Shown here: piece after piece, positions 34,259 to 42,644 of the stretch
Numbering within the stretch: the stretch's first letter is position 1
How the letters are laid out: every line of letters begins with the position of its first letter
Virus record (IMG/VR): IMGVR_UViG_3300020045_001573
Span: 1-44,391 of that record
DNA: 44,391 bases
Strand: one strand, 5' to 3'
Origin: a virus
Taxonomy: Duplodnaviria > Caudoviricetes
Translations under genes and position numbers: made by a program
Notes under the pieces: generated by a model
Databases searched by the model: none
The model's input: only the letters and a program-made list of their open reading frames with translations
Told to the model about the DNA's origin: nothing

Positions 34259-34878
34259 GGTTTTAAATAAACAGGGTAAGCGTAGCAAGTGCCTCCGCAT
34301 CGTTTAGCTTCTGATTTTGCATCTAGTTCTGCAAACTCACCTTTGAATACTTGGTTGCTTCCTTGCATCATCCATCCGTGAGGCACTGCCACTTGCTGCG
34401 CTGGAGCAGTTGACGGCATAGGCTTGCCAGTCAGTGCGATTGCGCCTTCCTCTGGGTATTCTTCAAGCCAACAGTACAACCCAGCAGGGTCTGTTCCTTC
34501 GTCATGTGTGCGCTCTGGCCCATGCTGAATGCAGACTTCCTGCTCCAGTTGCTCATCAATTCCGTCTGGTGCCAGGAATTCCAACGCCTCGCGCAACTGG
34601 TATCCACTGATTGTAAAAATAGGCTCTTTCTGCGCATCAGCAGCCAGCATGTCGGCGGCTTTTAGAATCACATCTTTTGGGCAGTACTCATGGTTTAGTC
34701 GTAGATCATCAATCAACTCATCCCGCTCTATATTTGGAATGCGCTTAATAGCATTTAACTCTTCTGTAAGTTTTTTACGATCAGCACAAGCAAACTCATA
34801 TCGTGCTTTCCAGACATCACGCTCAGCTTGCATATATTCAAAATCTGATTCGTCAAGTGATTCATTCTGATTTTTCAT
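34255..34878 (-). CDS. hypothetical (mosaic) protein
   Basis: 207 aa ORF, ATGA-coupled. Confidence 0.65.
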   Translation of the reverse strand: MKNQNESLDESDFEYMQAERDVWKARYEFACADRKKLTEELNAIKRIPNIERDELIDDLRLNHEYCPKDVILKAADMLAADAQKEPIFTISGYQLREALEFLAPDGIDEQLEQEVCIQHGPERTHDEGTDPAGLYCWLEEYPEEGAIALTGKPMPSTAPAQQVAVPHGWMMQGSNQVFKGEFAELDAKSEAKRCGGTCYAYPVYLKP

Positions 34879-35042
34879 AACCGAAACCCTATGTAATAAG
34901 CCACTGAAGCCGTTATCAATCCAGCGCCTAAGACTGCCATCACCAAGTCAATGCAGATTCCGACAATCAAGTTACCTTCTTGCTTGTCTATATCGCATAC
35001 GCAGTCTCGACCTTGGTTGCATTTGTTGTTACAGCCGTTCAT
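34875..35042 (-). CDS. small Cys-rich membrane protein (55 aa, not in ORF track)
   Basis: MNGCNNKCNQGRDCVC plus TM helix; ATGA-coupled on both sides. Confidence 0.6.
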   Translation of the reverse strand: MNGCNNKCNQGRDCVCDIDKQEGNLIVGICIDLVMAVLGAGLITASVAYYIGFRL

Positions 35043-35320
35043 TTTTGGCTCCTATTGCGGATAGCTGATGCACACCGTCTTTGATGTTTTGCATAAACCA
35101 AAAACCGTTCGTCCATTTCACAACTTGCGTTCTCTTCATTTTCCTCTGCTTGTCGGTCGCACGCTTTCGCACACTCCTCTCGCTCGGCGGCTGCGACTAG
35201 TTTTGCGAATATGATATCTCGACACTCTTGCCAAAGATCTTCATGCAGTTCTCTTATCCATTCAGAGTTTGCACTCCTATCAGCATCAATAGACATTTTT
35301 ATTACATCGTCTTTATTCAT
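35039..35320 (-). CDS. hypothetical protein
   Basis: FAKLVAAAEREECAKAC...ASAIR.R phage motif. Confidence 0.7.
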   Translation of the reverse strand: MNKDDVIKMSIDADRSANSEWIRELHEDLWQECRDIIFAKLVAAAEREECAKACDRQAEENEENASCEMDERFLVYAKHQRRCASAIRNRSQK

Positions 35321-35691
35321 TTGATCTCCAAATCAGGGATGATTGCAGCGGGCTTAAATACCACTCGGTAGTGATAAGCGCTTACAGATTTTCCTCCAAG
35401 TTGCTCTACAAAATAAGTAACATTGTCTGACAATCCAAGAAAATGTCTTTTGTATTCACTTGGCCCCGTCTTGCAAATGATAGACATTCGCTTATTTGTG
35501 TCATTATTTCCAAGAGAGCAAAGACCCTCAATAGTAAGTATGTAATCGCTTGTAATTCCGTTATAAAACACAACACGTCTATTTACTTCAAAGTTATCTG
35601 CTGCCGTTGATAGGTTTGAAGTTGCAATGTCGGCATCATTGCATCCAGAAATAAGTGACGCTGAAATAGCCAAGATTAATATCTTTTTCAT
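35317..35691 (-). CDS. phage lipoprotein
   Basis: signal peptide with lipobox ISG|C; NLSTAADNFEVNRRVVFYNGIT motif. Confidence 0.8.
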   Translation of the reverse strand: MKKILILAISASLISGCNDADIATSNLSTAADNFEVNRRVVFYNGITSDYILTIEGLCSLGNNDTNKRMSIICKTGPSEYKRHFLGLSDNVTYFVEQLGGKSVSAYHYRVVFKPAAIIPDLEIK

Positions 35692-35742
35692 TTAATATCA
35701 TTTGTTGATTTAAAAATGCTTAAATGTTTTAAGCATTTCCAC

Positions 35743-35895
35743 TTACCATCCGAGTGATTCGCACCAAGCGTCAAAAGCATCATCACCCATGCGCTTGCAA
35801 ACTTCATCGTATGTCATGTAGTAAGCATAAAGGTTTGCCGTATTGCGAAAACCGATAAGAGCTGCTTGCAGTTGGGTTGTTGTGAATTTTTGCAT
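35743..35895 (-). CDS. small hypothetical protein (50 aa, not in ORF track)
   Basis: own promoter motif, CATCAACAAC leader and RBS AAGGA; MQKFTTTQLQAAL... Confidence 0.65.
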   Translation of the reverse strand: MQKFTTTQLQAALIGFRNTANLYAYYMTYDEVCKRMGDDAFDAWCESLGW

Positions 35896-35947
35896 GATGT
35901 CCTTTTGTTGTTGATGTGTAATTGTAGCACATCAAAACATACAATAA

Positions 35948-36319
35948 TTATGATTTTCTAATTTTTTCAAGCAATTTGCGAACTGGTGGAATTAAATCAG
36001 GATGCACATAATCAACATCAAAATCATTGATGCCTATACTAAGATTACTGATGTAAAACTTTAATTTTTCCAGAGCATAATAAAGTTCAACTGCGTTTTC
36101 CTTTGCGTTCTTTTCGATGTTTTGAGCAATTATCAAGTCTTCTTTTTCTTTTTTTGTTTTTGCATAGAAGAAGTCTTCGATCAGTTTTTCAGCAAACTCT
36201 CTAGTGCTGCAATACGTCCCCATGAATGATGTGCACTCTTTGCACTTGATTCCGTCAACTTCAAGCATTGATACAAAAAAACCGCTTTCGATTGGTGTAA
36301 TTTGAGATTTGTATTCCAT
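35948..36319 (-). CDS. hypothetical protein
   Basis: 123 aa ORF, AT-rich. Confidence 0.65.
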   Translation of the reverse strand: MEYKSQITPIESGFFVSMLEVDGIKCKECTSFMGTYCSTREFAEKLIEDFFYAKTKKEKEDLIIAQNIEKNAKENAVELYYALEKLKFYISNLSIGINDFDVDYVHPDLIPPVRKLLEKIRKS

Positions 36320-36321
36320 TT

Positions 36322-36738
36322 TTATTCTCCATCAACGAAGGATGACATCCTGTCGAATGAGTATTTTGCATACTTCATACACAAAATATGATCCTCGCTA
36401 GTTCCTCCATTGTCACATCTATATTTGTAACAAATAGCATAAACAGCATCAAAAATTGAATTTGACAAATGACTGTTTCGCATCATGTCATGAAAATCAT
36501 CAATAATTATTGAATTTAAAAAATCATGAACAACAGCCATTGAATCTCGTGTTTTGAGATTTACCATGTTTTCCCAAATTTCACCGTAGCCTTTTAAGTC
36601 TGCGATTGACTGGTATCGAGCAAGGTTAGACCACATCCGTTTAATGGATTTATCGGCTGTCATTCTGTAGTCGAACTTTCCACTGCCCGAGTCGTCATAG
36701 TGGAAAGATCGGATGTCTGATGCTGTGATGATTGTCAT
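36322..36738 (-). CDS. hypothetical protein (first gene of the leftward early block)
   Basis: 138 aa; CATCAACAAC leader and AGGA RBS. Confidence 0.65.
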   Translation of the reverse strand: MTIITASDIRSFHYDDSGSGKFDYRMTADKSIKRMWSNLARYQSIADLKGYGEIWENMVNLKTRDSMAVVHDFLNSIIIDDFHDMMRNSHLSNSIFDAVYAICYKYRCDNGGTSEDHILCMKYAKYSFDRMSSFVDGE

Positions 36739-36871
36739 TTCGTTCGTCCTGTTGGTTGTTGATGTGATCTATTGTGCCACACAATACCGACAAAAAGAAA
36801 CAATTTTAAAATTATTTTCACCATGTTTTCACGCCTAAAATTGACGTTTTCAACAAACTTACAAGGCAACC

Positions 36872-37171
36872 ATGACGTACCACGAAACAAGTAAAGCACT
36901 AGCCATAGCCATTGGCTGGTCCCCGTTCCACATTCACGACTACATTGACAAGTCAGGCGAGCACAATATTAACTGCCTTGTAGACGGCGAATGGAAGCCG
37001 TTCGACTACCGTGACGCAGCCGTGATCTGGCCAATTGCCAAGCGTTTTAACTGCTTCCCGTGGCGTGACTCAATGGGCTACTGGTGGGCTAACGTAGGCG
37101 ACAAAGCGGAAGAGAATTCACATTCGGCTGAGTTGGCCGTGGCGCTAGCGGTGATTGTGGCTGTGAAATGA
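36872..37171 (+). CDS. NinX/DUF2591-like protein
   Basis: ALAIAIGW...FDYRDAAVIWPIA. Confidence 0.65.
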   Translation: MTYHETSKALAIAIGWSPFHIHDYIDKSGEHNINCLVDGEWKPFDYRDAAVIWPIAKRFNCFPWRDSMGYWWANVGDKAEENSHSAELAVALAVIVAVK

Positions 37172-37317
37172 AGAAGCCACATATCTTTTATACGGGGGTT
37201 CAGTGGATGGTCTATCGTCGAAAAATTAAGATTTTCGGCACATCAATGCAGGTCGCATTTGGACCAACGGTTAGAGATGCTTGGGCAAAATGGATATCAA
37301 AAGGCTATTACAAATGA
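37168..37317 (+). CDS. small hypothetical protein (49 aa, not in ORF track)
   Basis: ATGA-coupled; MKKPHIFYTGVQWMVY... Confidence 0.5.
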   Translation: MKKPHIFYTGVQWMVYRRKIKIFGTSMQVAFGPTVRDAWAKWISKGYYK

Positions 37318-37375
37318 TCTTCCAATATTGCGGTAATGATTGAAAAAACAGAAAAACGTGTGTAAAAGGAAAAAT

Positions 37376-37585
37376 ATGAATAATGGAAAATTGACCGTCA
37401 CACTTCAGGATACTGAATGCGATAGGTATAAAAGAATGTTTGAGGCTGCGTGCGTAGCTCTTGGAGAGATTGGTGATGCTCTTGGATGCGACCCAAACGA
37501 TGGCGGCGCTGAGTCAATTCTTGATGCGATAGAGGAGCTAAAGGAATCAGCCAAGATAACAATTCAATCGGCTGATAAAAAATGA
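37376..37585 (+). CDS. hypothetical protein
   Basis: RBS AAGGA before ATG 37376; coupled to the primase gene. Confidence 0.6.
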   Translation: MNNGKLTVTLQDTECDRYKRMFEAACVALGEIGDALGCDPNDGGAESILDAIEELKESAKITIQSADKK

Positions 37586-39603
37586 GCAGTCTAAAAAGCA
37601 TCTTCCCAAATGGTTTCCCCGTCAACATTGATGCGCCAGTCTTACCGCCTGAGCATCAGTTGCGGGTACATATGTCTGAAAACTGCATCCAAGCGCCTGA
37701 CGACATCGTTTGTGATGGCAAGTTGCACCGCTTCGCCACGGGGTCAAAGAAGGGTGATTTAAGCGGCTGGTATGTCTTGCATGATGGCAAGGTTCCTGCG
37801 GGGGTTTATGGCGATTGGAAGACTGGCGAAGAGTACCAATTCAGGGCGAACATCGGGCGTGAGTTGACGTTTCAGGAAAACATTGCGCACGTCAAGCAAA
37901 TTAATGAATTAAAGTTAAAACGTGAAAAAGAGCTTTCAGACTCGCGGGAATATGCGGCTTACACCGCCACGAAGATTTGGGACGCGGCTCAGTTGGCCAG
38001 TGATGACCATCCATACATAAAGCGAAAGGGGATTAGTAATCCAGGCTGGCGCATTGCACCGGACGGGCGTTTGATCGCTCCAATGCTGATTGATGGAGAT
38101 ATAAGCGGGTTGCAATACATTTCAGACGATGGCACCAAGATGTTCATGAAGGGGTCTAAGACGGGCGGGGCGTCGTGGAATCTTGGGTCTGTTGAGACTA
38201 CGGGCGAAGGGCGCATATATATATGTGAGGGAATTGCCACTGGTGCATCTATTTTTGAAGCCACCGGGAGTGGCGTTGTCATCAGTTTTTCAGCGGGCAA
38301 CATGCCAGCGACTGCACAGGCTTTGCGCCATAAGGTAGGGCCTTTGCGTGAGATTGTGATCGTGGCTGACAATGATGAGTCAGGGACTGGAAAGCGCGAG
38401 GCAGACAAGGCGGCGGGATTGATTGGTGCCACTGTAATCATTCCGCCAGTGCCAGGGGATGCAAACGACTACGCGCAGGCTGGGCATGATCTGGGGGAGT
38501 TTTTGGAGCCATGCGTGATTGACAGCGAAGATGATTACCTAGTCCATGCCGATGACTTCAGCGCACAGCCTGCACCGATTAAATGGCTGATTAAAGGATG
38601 GTTACAGGACTTGGGTTTGTCTATGGTTCATAGGCCATCAGGTGGTGGTAAGACATTTGTCGTTCTGGATTGGTGCCTGCACATTGCAAGTGATAAGCAA
38701 TTATGGGCCGGTCTAAAGGTTAAAAATGGGGACGTGGTTTATCTAGCTGGAGAAGGCCACCACGGTTTAAAAGGCCGTGTGGCAGCTTGGAAACACGCTA
38801 ACGGGGTTAATAAGCTCAATATGTGGCTGTCAAAAGCTGGGGTTGATCTGAACACGTCAGCCGGGTATTTGCGCGTTAAGAAGGCCATTGATGCGTTGCC
38901 AGGTAAGCCAAAACTCATAGTCGTTGACACTTTGCACCGGTTTTTAAGTGGTGACGAAAACAGCTCAGAAGATGCAAAAACCATGCTGGATGCTTGCGCA
39001 GGGCTTATGCGTGAGTACGAATGTTCTGTTTTGCTGGTTCACCATACTGGAGTTTCAGAGGAAACGCAGCACCGGGCGCGTGGTTCTAGTGCATGGAAAG
39101 GGGCTCTAGAGAATGAAATTAGCATCGTTCCTGCCAAAGAAAAGAAGCCATTGGAAATTGCGGCGCGTAAAACCAAAGACGCTGAAATGCCAAAAAGCAT
39201 ATTTGCGCAGCTTTCTAGCGTATCCATTCCGGGTTGGATTGACGAAGATGGTGAACAGGTTACGAGTGCCATCGTGTCTATTTGTGATGCGCCAGTGGTT
39301 GAAGAAGAGTATTTAAAAGAAAAAGCATCGTTAACCAATGCCAGAAAATACTTTGAAGCGGCTGTTATGTCAGTTGGTCGGCCTGAGAATGGCCTGCCAT
39401 TTATATCGGCTGACGCTTGGAATGGGTACAGCGCATCGCGTGAACACGCTACAGATGGTGCGCGTCGTACAGCTTTATCCAGTGCCAAAAAAGAGCTTTT
39501 GGCAGCCATGTACATCATGGAAAAGGATGGTGGTTACAGCCCAACGCCCGAGTCTATGAGCGGTGTATTTGCAGGGGCTTTCATTGGGCTACGACCTTAT
39601 TAA
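37582..39603 (+). CDS. DNA primase-helicase (TOPRIM + RepA/AAA_25)
   Basis: HPYIKRKGI, LQYI, ICEGIATG, VADND (TOPRIM); xPSGGGKT, YLAGEG, VVDTL, LVHHTG, ARGSSA. Confidence 0.92.
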   Translation: MSSLKSIFPNGFPVNIDAPVLPPEHQLRVHMSENCIQAPDDIVCDGKLHRFATGSKKGDLSGWYVLHDGKVPAGVYGDWKTGEEYQFRANIGRELTFQENIAHVKQINELKLKREKELSDSREYAAYTATKIWDAAQLASDDHPYIKRKGISNPGWRIAPDGRLIAPMLIDGDISGLQYISDDGTKMFMKGSKTGGASWNLGSVETTGEGRIYICEGIATGASIFEATGSGVVISFSAGNMPATAQALRHKVGPLREIVIVADNDESGTGKREADKAAGLIGATVIIPPVPGDANDYAQAGHDLGEFLEPCVIDSEDDYLVHADDFSAQPAPIKWLIKGWLQDLGLSMVHRPSGGGKTFVVLDWCLHIASDKQLWAGLKVKNGDVVYLAGEGHHGLKGRVAAWKHANGVNKLNMWLSKAGVDLNTSAGYLRVKKAIDALPGKPKLIVVDTLHRFLSGDENSSEDAKTMLDACAGLMREYECSVLLVHHTGVSEETQHRARGSSAWKGALENEISIVPAKEKKPLEIAARKTKDAEMPKSIFAQLSSVSIPGWIDEDGEQVTSAIVSICDAPVVEEEYLKEKASLTNARKYFEAAVMSVGRPENGLPFISADAWNGYSASREHATDGARRTALSSAKKELLAAMYIMEKDGGYSPTPESMSGVFAGAFIGLRPY

Positions 39604-39606
39604 TGG

Positions 39607-39732
39607 GGTGTTAGTTGGTGTTAGCTAACTGTTAGCAACCAACTAACTAACAAGGGTATTAATAGGTTAGATTTGTTAGGTGTGTTACTATGGCGTGGCA
39701 CACGCCAGATAACTAACTAACACAGCTAACAT
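39607..39732. repeat. GTTAG/CTAAC iteron-like array, putative replication origin
   Basis: 11 copies of the pentamer in both orientations directly after the primase-helicase stop. Confidence 0.65.
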
Positions 39733-39799
39733 CAGATTTTTTTTCTGACTTGGTTTTTAAAGTGTGGCGCAATCAACAATCAATCAACAAAGGATTAAA

Positions 39800-40171
39800 A
39801 TGGAAATCACAAAAACAGAGTTCCAGGTAACAGCTTCCGAGTTCATGGCGTTTATTGAGCCTGACATTGGATTGTGGGACGTGTCTATTTGCGAATCACT
39901 CAAAGGTGATGGAAAAGAATACCGGGTTAAATTTTGGCTAAAGACAAGCGATGGGGTTGAAGCCTATGTTGCTCACGAATATGGAAACATGCTTATAACC
40001 ATTTCTAGTGATTATTGGTTTTACCTTGATCGAATCAATGAAGACAAAAAAACAGGATGGTCGTTTTTTAAGCAACTTCAAGAAAAAAGCTGGATTAAAG
40101 ATCATCACTTAGATTTAATCAAAGAACTTGAAAGAGTTTTCGCAAATTGCATTGCGTATGATGTAAAATAA
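39800..40171 (+). CDS. hypothetical protein
   Basis: TCAACAA leader and AAGGA RBS before ATG 39800. Confidence 0.65.
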   Translation: MEITKTEFQVTASEFMAFIEPDIGLWDVSICESLKGDGKEYRVKFWLKTSDGVEAYVAHEYGNMLITISSDYWFYLDRINEDKKTGWSFFKQLQEKSWIKDHHLDLIKELERVFANCIAYDVK

Positions 40172-40280
40172 ACATAACCGCTTGATTGGTTATCCTACCA
40201 AGTTGAGGGCCTGCTCCGGGCCAGACCTATACAAGCGGATGCCCGGAAAACTTTTTTATCAACACATTAAAGGCAAAGAC

Positions 40281-40769
40281 ATGAAGATTACGGCACAACA
40301 ATTGCTTAATAAGGCGCAAACGCATATGCAAGCCCGTGCGGCGACTTACGATAAGCCTGAAGGGGAGCGCAGCATGGCAGCTACTGTAGAGGCTTATAAC
40401 GCCATTACAGGGCATTCACTGACCGAGGCTAACGGGTGGCTGTTGATGGCGGTATTGAAAATGGTGCGAGACAATCAGCGCAAAGAAGCTCACGTCGATT
40501 CGGTGGAAGACTTGGTGGCCTATGCTTCGCTTTATGGTGAGGCTCGTCTTTGTGAGGTTGCTAAGCCTTTGGCGGATGGTGTGGCGGTGAATCCAGATGG
40601 CGCTGGTTGGATTAATTGGTTTGGTGGTGAGTGCCCGGTAAATGACAAGCAACTTGTAGATTACAAACTTCGCAGTGGCGAACTATATAAATCAATTCCT
40701 GGTGGTAACTTGGACTGGTCATATGATGACGTTATTTTCGACATCATCGCCTACCGCGTAGTAAAATAA
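40281..40769 (+). CDS. DUF6378-like protein fused to a common phage C-terminal module
   Basis: RAATYD...ERSM...GWLLMAVLKMVR...DSVEDLVAYASL; then WINWFGGECPV...DIIAYRVV. Confidence 0.7.
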   Translation: MKITAQQLLNKAQTHMQARAATYDKPEGERSMAATVEAYNAITGHSLTEANGWLLMAVLKMVRDNQRKEAHVDSVEDLVAYASLYGEARLCEVAKPLADGVAVNPDGAGWINWFGGECPVNDKQLVDYKLRSGELYKSIPGGNLDWSYDDVIFDIIAYRVVK

Positions 40770-40773
40770 AGCC

Positions 40774-41181
40774 ATGACTAAGCCACTAACACCAAAACAG
40801 GAAGCATTCGCGCAGGCTGTGGCTAGTGGCCTAACTCAGTCTGATGCTTATCGGAAGGCTTACACGGTTGGGGTTAATACTAAGCCTGAGAGCGTAAATC
40901 AGAAGTCATCACAATTGATGGCTGAGGTGCAGATTAGATCAAGGGTCGAGGTTTTGAGAAACCAAGGCGGTGAACGTGCCGTTCTGACGCGTGAGGCGCA
41001 CCTAGAAGAGCTTGAAAGGCTCAAGGGCATAGCATTGGGTATGGATGACATCAAAGCCGCTATAACGGCTGAGAATCTGCGCGGTAAGGTGATGGGTCAC
41101 TACATCGAGCGCGTCGAATCCACTGGCAAGAATGGCACACCTCTAATCCCTCGCCCAATTTACAACATCGTCCATGAATGA
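40774..41181 (+). CDS. terS: terminase small subunit
   Basis: LTPKQEAFAQ...QSDAYRKAY HTH; ...E.TGKNG.P; precedes the large subunit. Confidence 0.85.
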   Translation: MTKPLTPKQEAFAQAVASGLTQSDAYRKAYTVGVNTKPESVNQKSSQLMAEVQIRSRVEVLRNQGGERAVLTREAHLEELERLKGIALGMDDIKAAITAENLRGKVMGHYIERVESTGKNGTPLIPRPIYNIVHE

Positions 41182-42596
41182 CGCGCCCAGAATTACCGAC
41201 TGATATTTTCCCTGCGTTTGAGGAATACTTACAAGACGCTCGGTTTAAGGTTGCCTATGGTGGCCGGGGTAGCGCTAAGACTCGCACATTTGTCAGCTTA
41301 TTGATTAATAACGTGATTGAATGCGGGTGGCGCGTTGTTGCGTTCCGCGAACTTATGGAATCAATAGCTGATTCTGTTTATCAAGAGTTCGTTTCTGACA
41401 TTGAGCGCCGTAACCTTGGCCAATATTTCAACATCCTGAAAACTCACATTGAATGCCCTGCAACTGGTGGCGTGATTAGGTTTAGTGGCATTAAGTCAAA
41501 CCAAAAGCGCCTGGACAGTCAAAAGCTCAAGGGCTTTTCAGACTTCGATTGTGCATGGTTTGAAGAGGCTGACGCGGTTTCTAAGGAATCTTGGGATGCA
41601 GTTATCCCAACTATGCGCAAGGACAAGTCTGAGATATGGGTGAGCTATAACCCTAAATCAATCTTGGATGAAACGCATAAACGGTTTGTATTAAACAGAC
41701 AATACCCAGACTATAAAGACGGGCACAGATATTGCATCGTCAAGAAAATCAATTACACCGAAAACCCGCGCTTTCCAAAGGAGTTACGGGATGATATGGA
41801 ATTGATGAAGGAAACCGACTTTGAGGCGTATCGTCACATTTATGGCGGTGAACCTGTTGCAAACTCTGACCTGTCAGTAATTCAGCCCGCTTGGATTAGC
41901 GCAGCGGTTGACGCTCACATCAAGCTTGGCATTGAGATCTCGGGACGTAAAGAAGGCGGGTTTGACGTTGCCGATGAAGGGCCTGACGCTAACGCGGTTA
42001 TTTTCAGGCGGGGCATCTTGGCTGAGTATGCAGAAGAATGGAGAGACAAAGACCCGGTAAGCGCAGCAGCTCACGCTCACGCTAGGTGCCTTGAAAACAA
42101 TGTGCAATTGCTTAGATACGATGACATCGGCGTTGGAGCTGGTGCTAAAGGTCAGTTCAGGATACTTCAGCAAGCAGAATTAGACATGCTCCACCGTGGG
42201 TTTACTCGCGTGCAAACTGAAGGCTTCAATGCGGGTGGCGCAATCAATAATCCTGATGGCTACTATGTCCAAGGCAAGAAAAACAGGGATATGTTCTACA
42301 ACATCAAGGCTCAGGCTTGGTGGTTGTTGTCTGACCGCTTTAGAAACACCTACAACGCCGTGAATGGAAAGTCATACGATAAAGACAAGCTGATTAGCAT
42401 TGCAAGTGGATTAAAGGGCTTAGACAAGCTATGCGCTGAGCTATCACAGCCGCAGCGTGACTACGTGAACGGCAAGGTAAAAGTCGAATCCAAAGCCGAT
42501 ATGAAGAAGCGCGGCGTATCGTCGCCCAACTTGGCTGACGCTTTCGTCATGGCGTTTTTGGATACTGGTACGTTTGATTTATCAGCGTTATTGTGA
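41178..42596 (+). CDS. terL: terminase large subunit (PBSX-like family)
   Basis: YGGRGSAKT, WFEEA, SYNP, GFDVADEGPD nuclease motif, SPNLADAFVM. Confidence 0.95.
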   Translation: MTRPELPTDIFPAFEEYLQDARFKVAYGGRGSAKTRTFVSLLINNVIECGWRVVAFRELMESIADSVYQEFVSDIERRNLGQYFNILKTHIECPATGGVIRFSGIKSNQKRLDSQKLKGFSDFDCAWFEEADAVSKESWDAVIPTMRKDKSEIWVSYNPKSILDETHKRFVLNRQYPDYKDGHRYCIVKKINYTENPRFPKELRDDMELMKETDFEAYRHIYGGEPVANSDLSVIQPAWISAAVDAHIKLGIEISGRKEGGFDVADEGPDANAVIFRRGILAEYAEEWRDKDPVSAAAHAHARCLENNVQLLRYDDIGVGAGAKGQFRILQQAELDMLHRGFTRVQTEGFNAGGAINNPDGYYVQGKKNRDMFYNIKAQAWWLLSDRFRNTYNAVNGKSYDKDKLISIASGLKGLDKLCAELSQPQRDYVNGKVKVESKADMKKRGVSSPNLADAFVMAFLDTGTFDLSALL

Positions 42597-42644
42597 TTTA
42601 AATTGATTTAATCCTATAATAAATGGGAAATAAGGATTAAATAA

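Noticed and set aside
35714-35738. AAATGCTTAAA-TGT-TTTAAGCATTT inverted repeat as a separate ncRNA
   Set aside because: Short AT-rich intergenic hairpin, adequately explained as a terminator or processing stem; no further support
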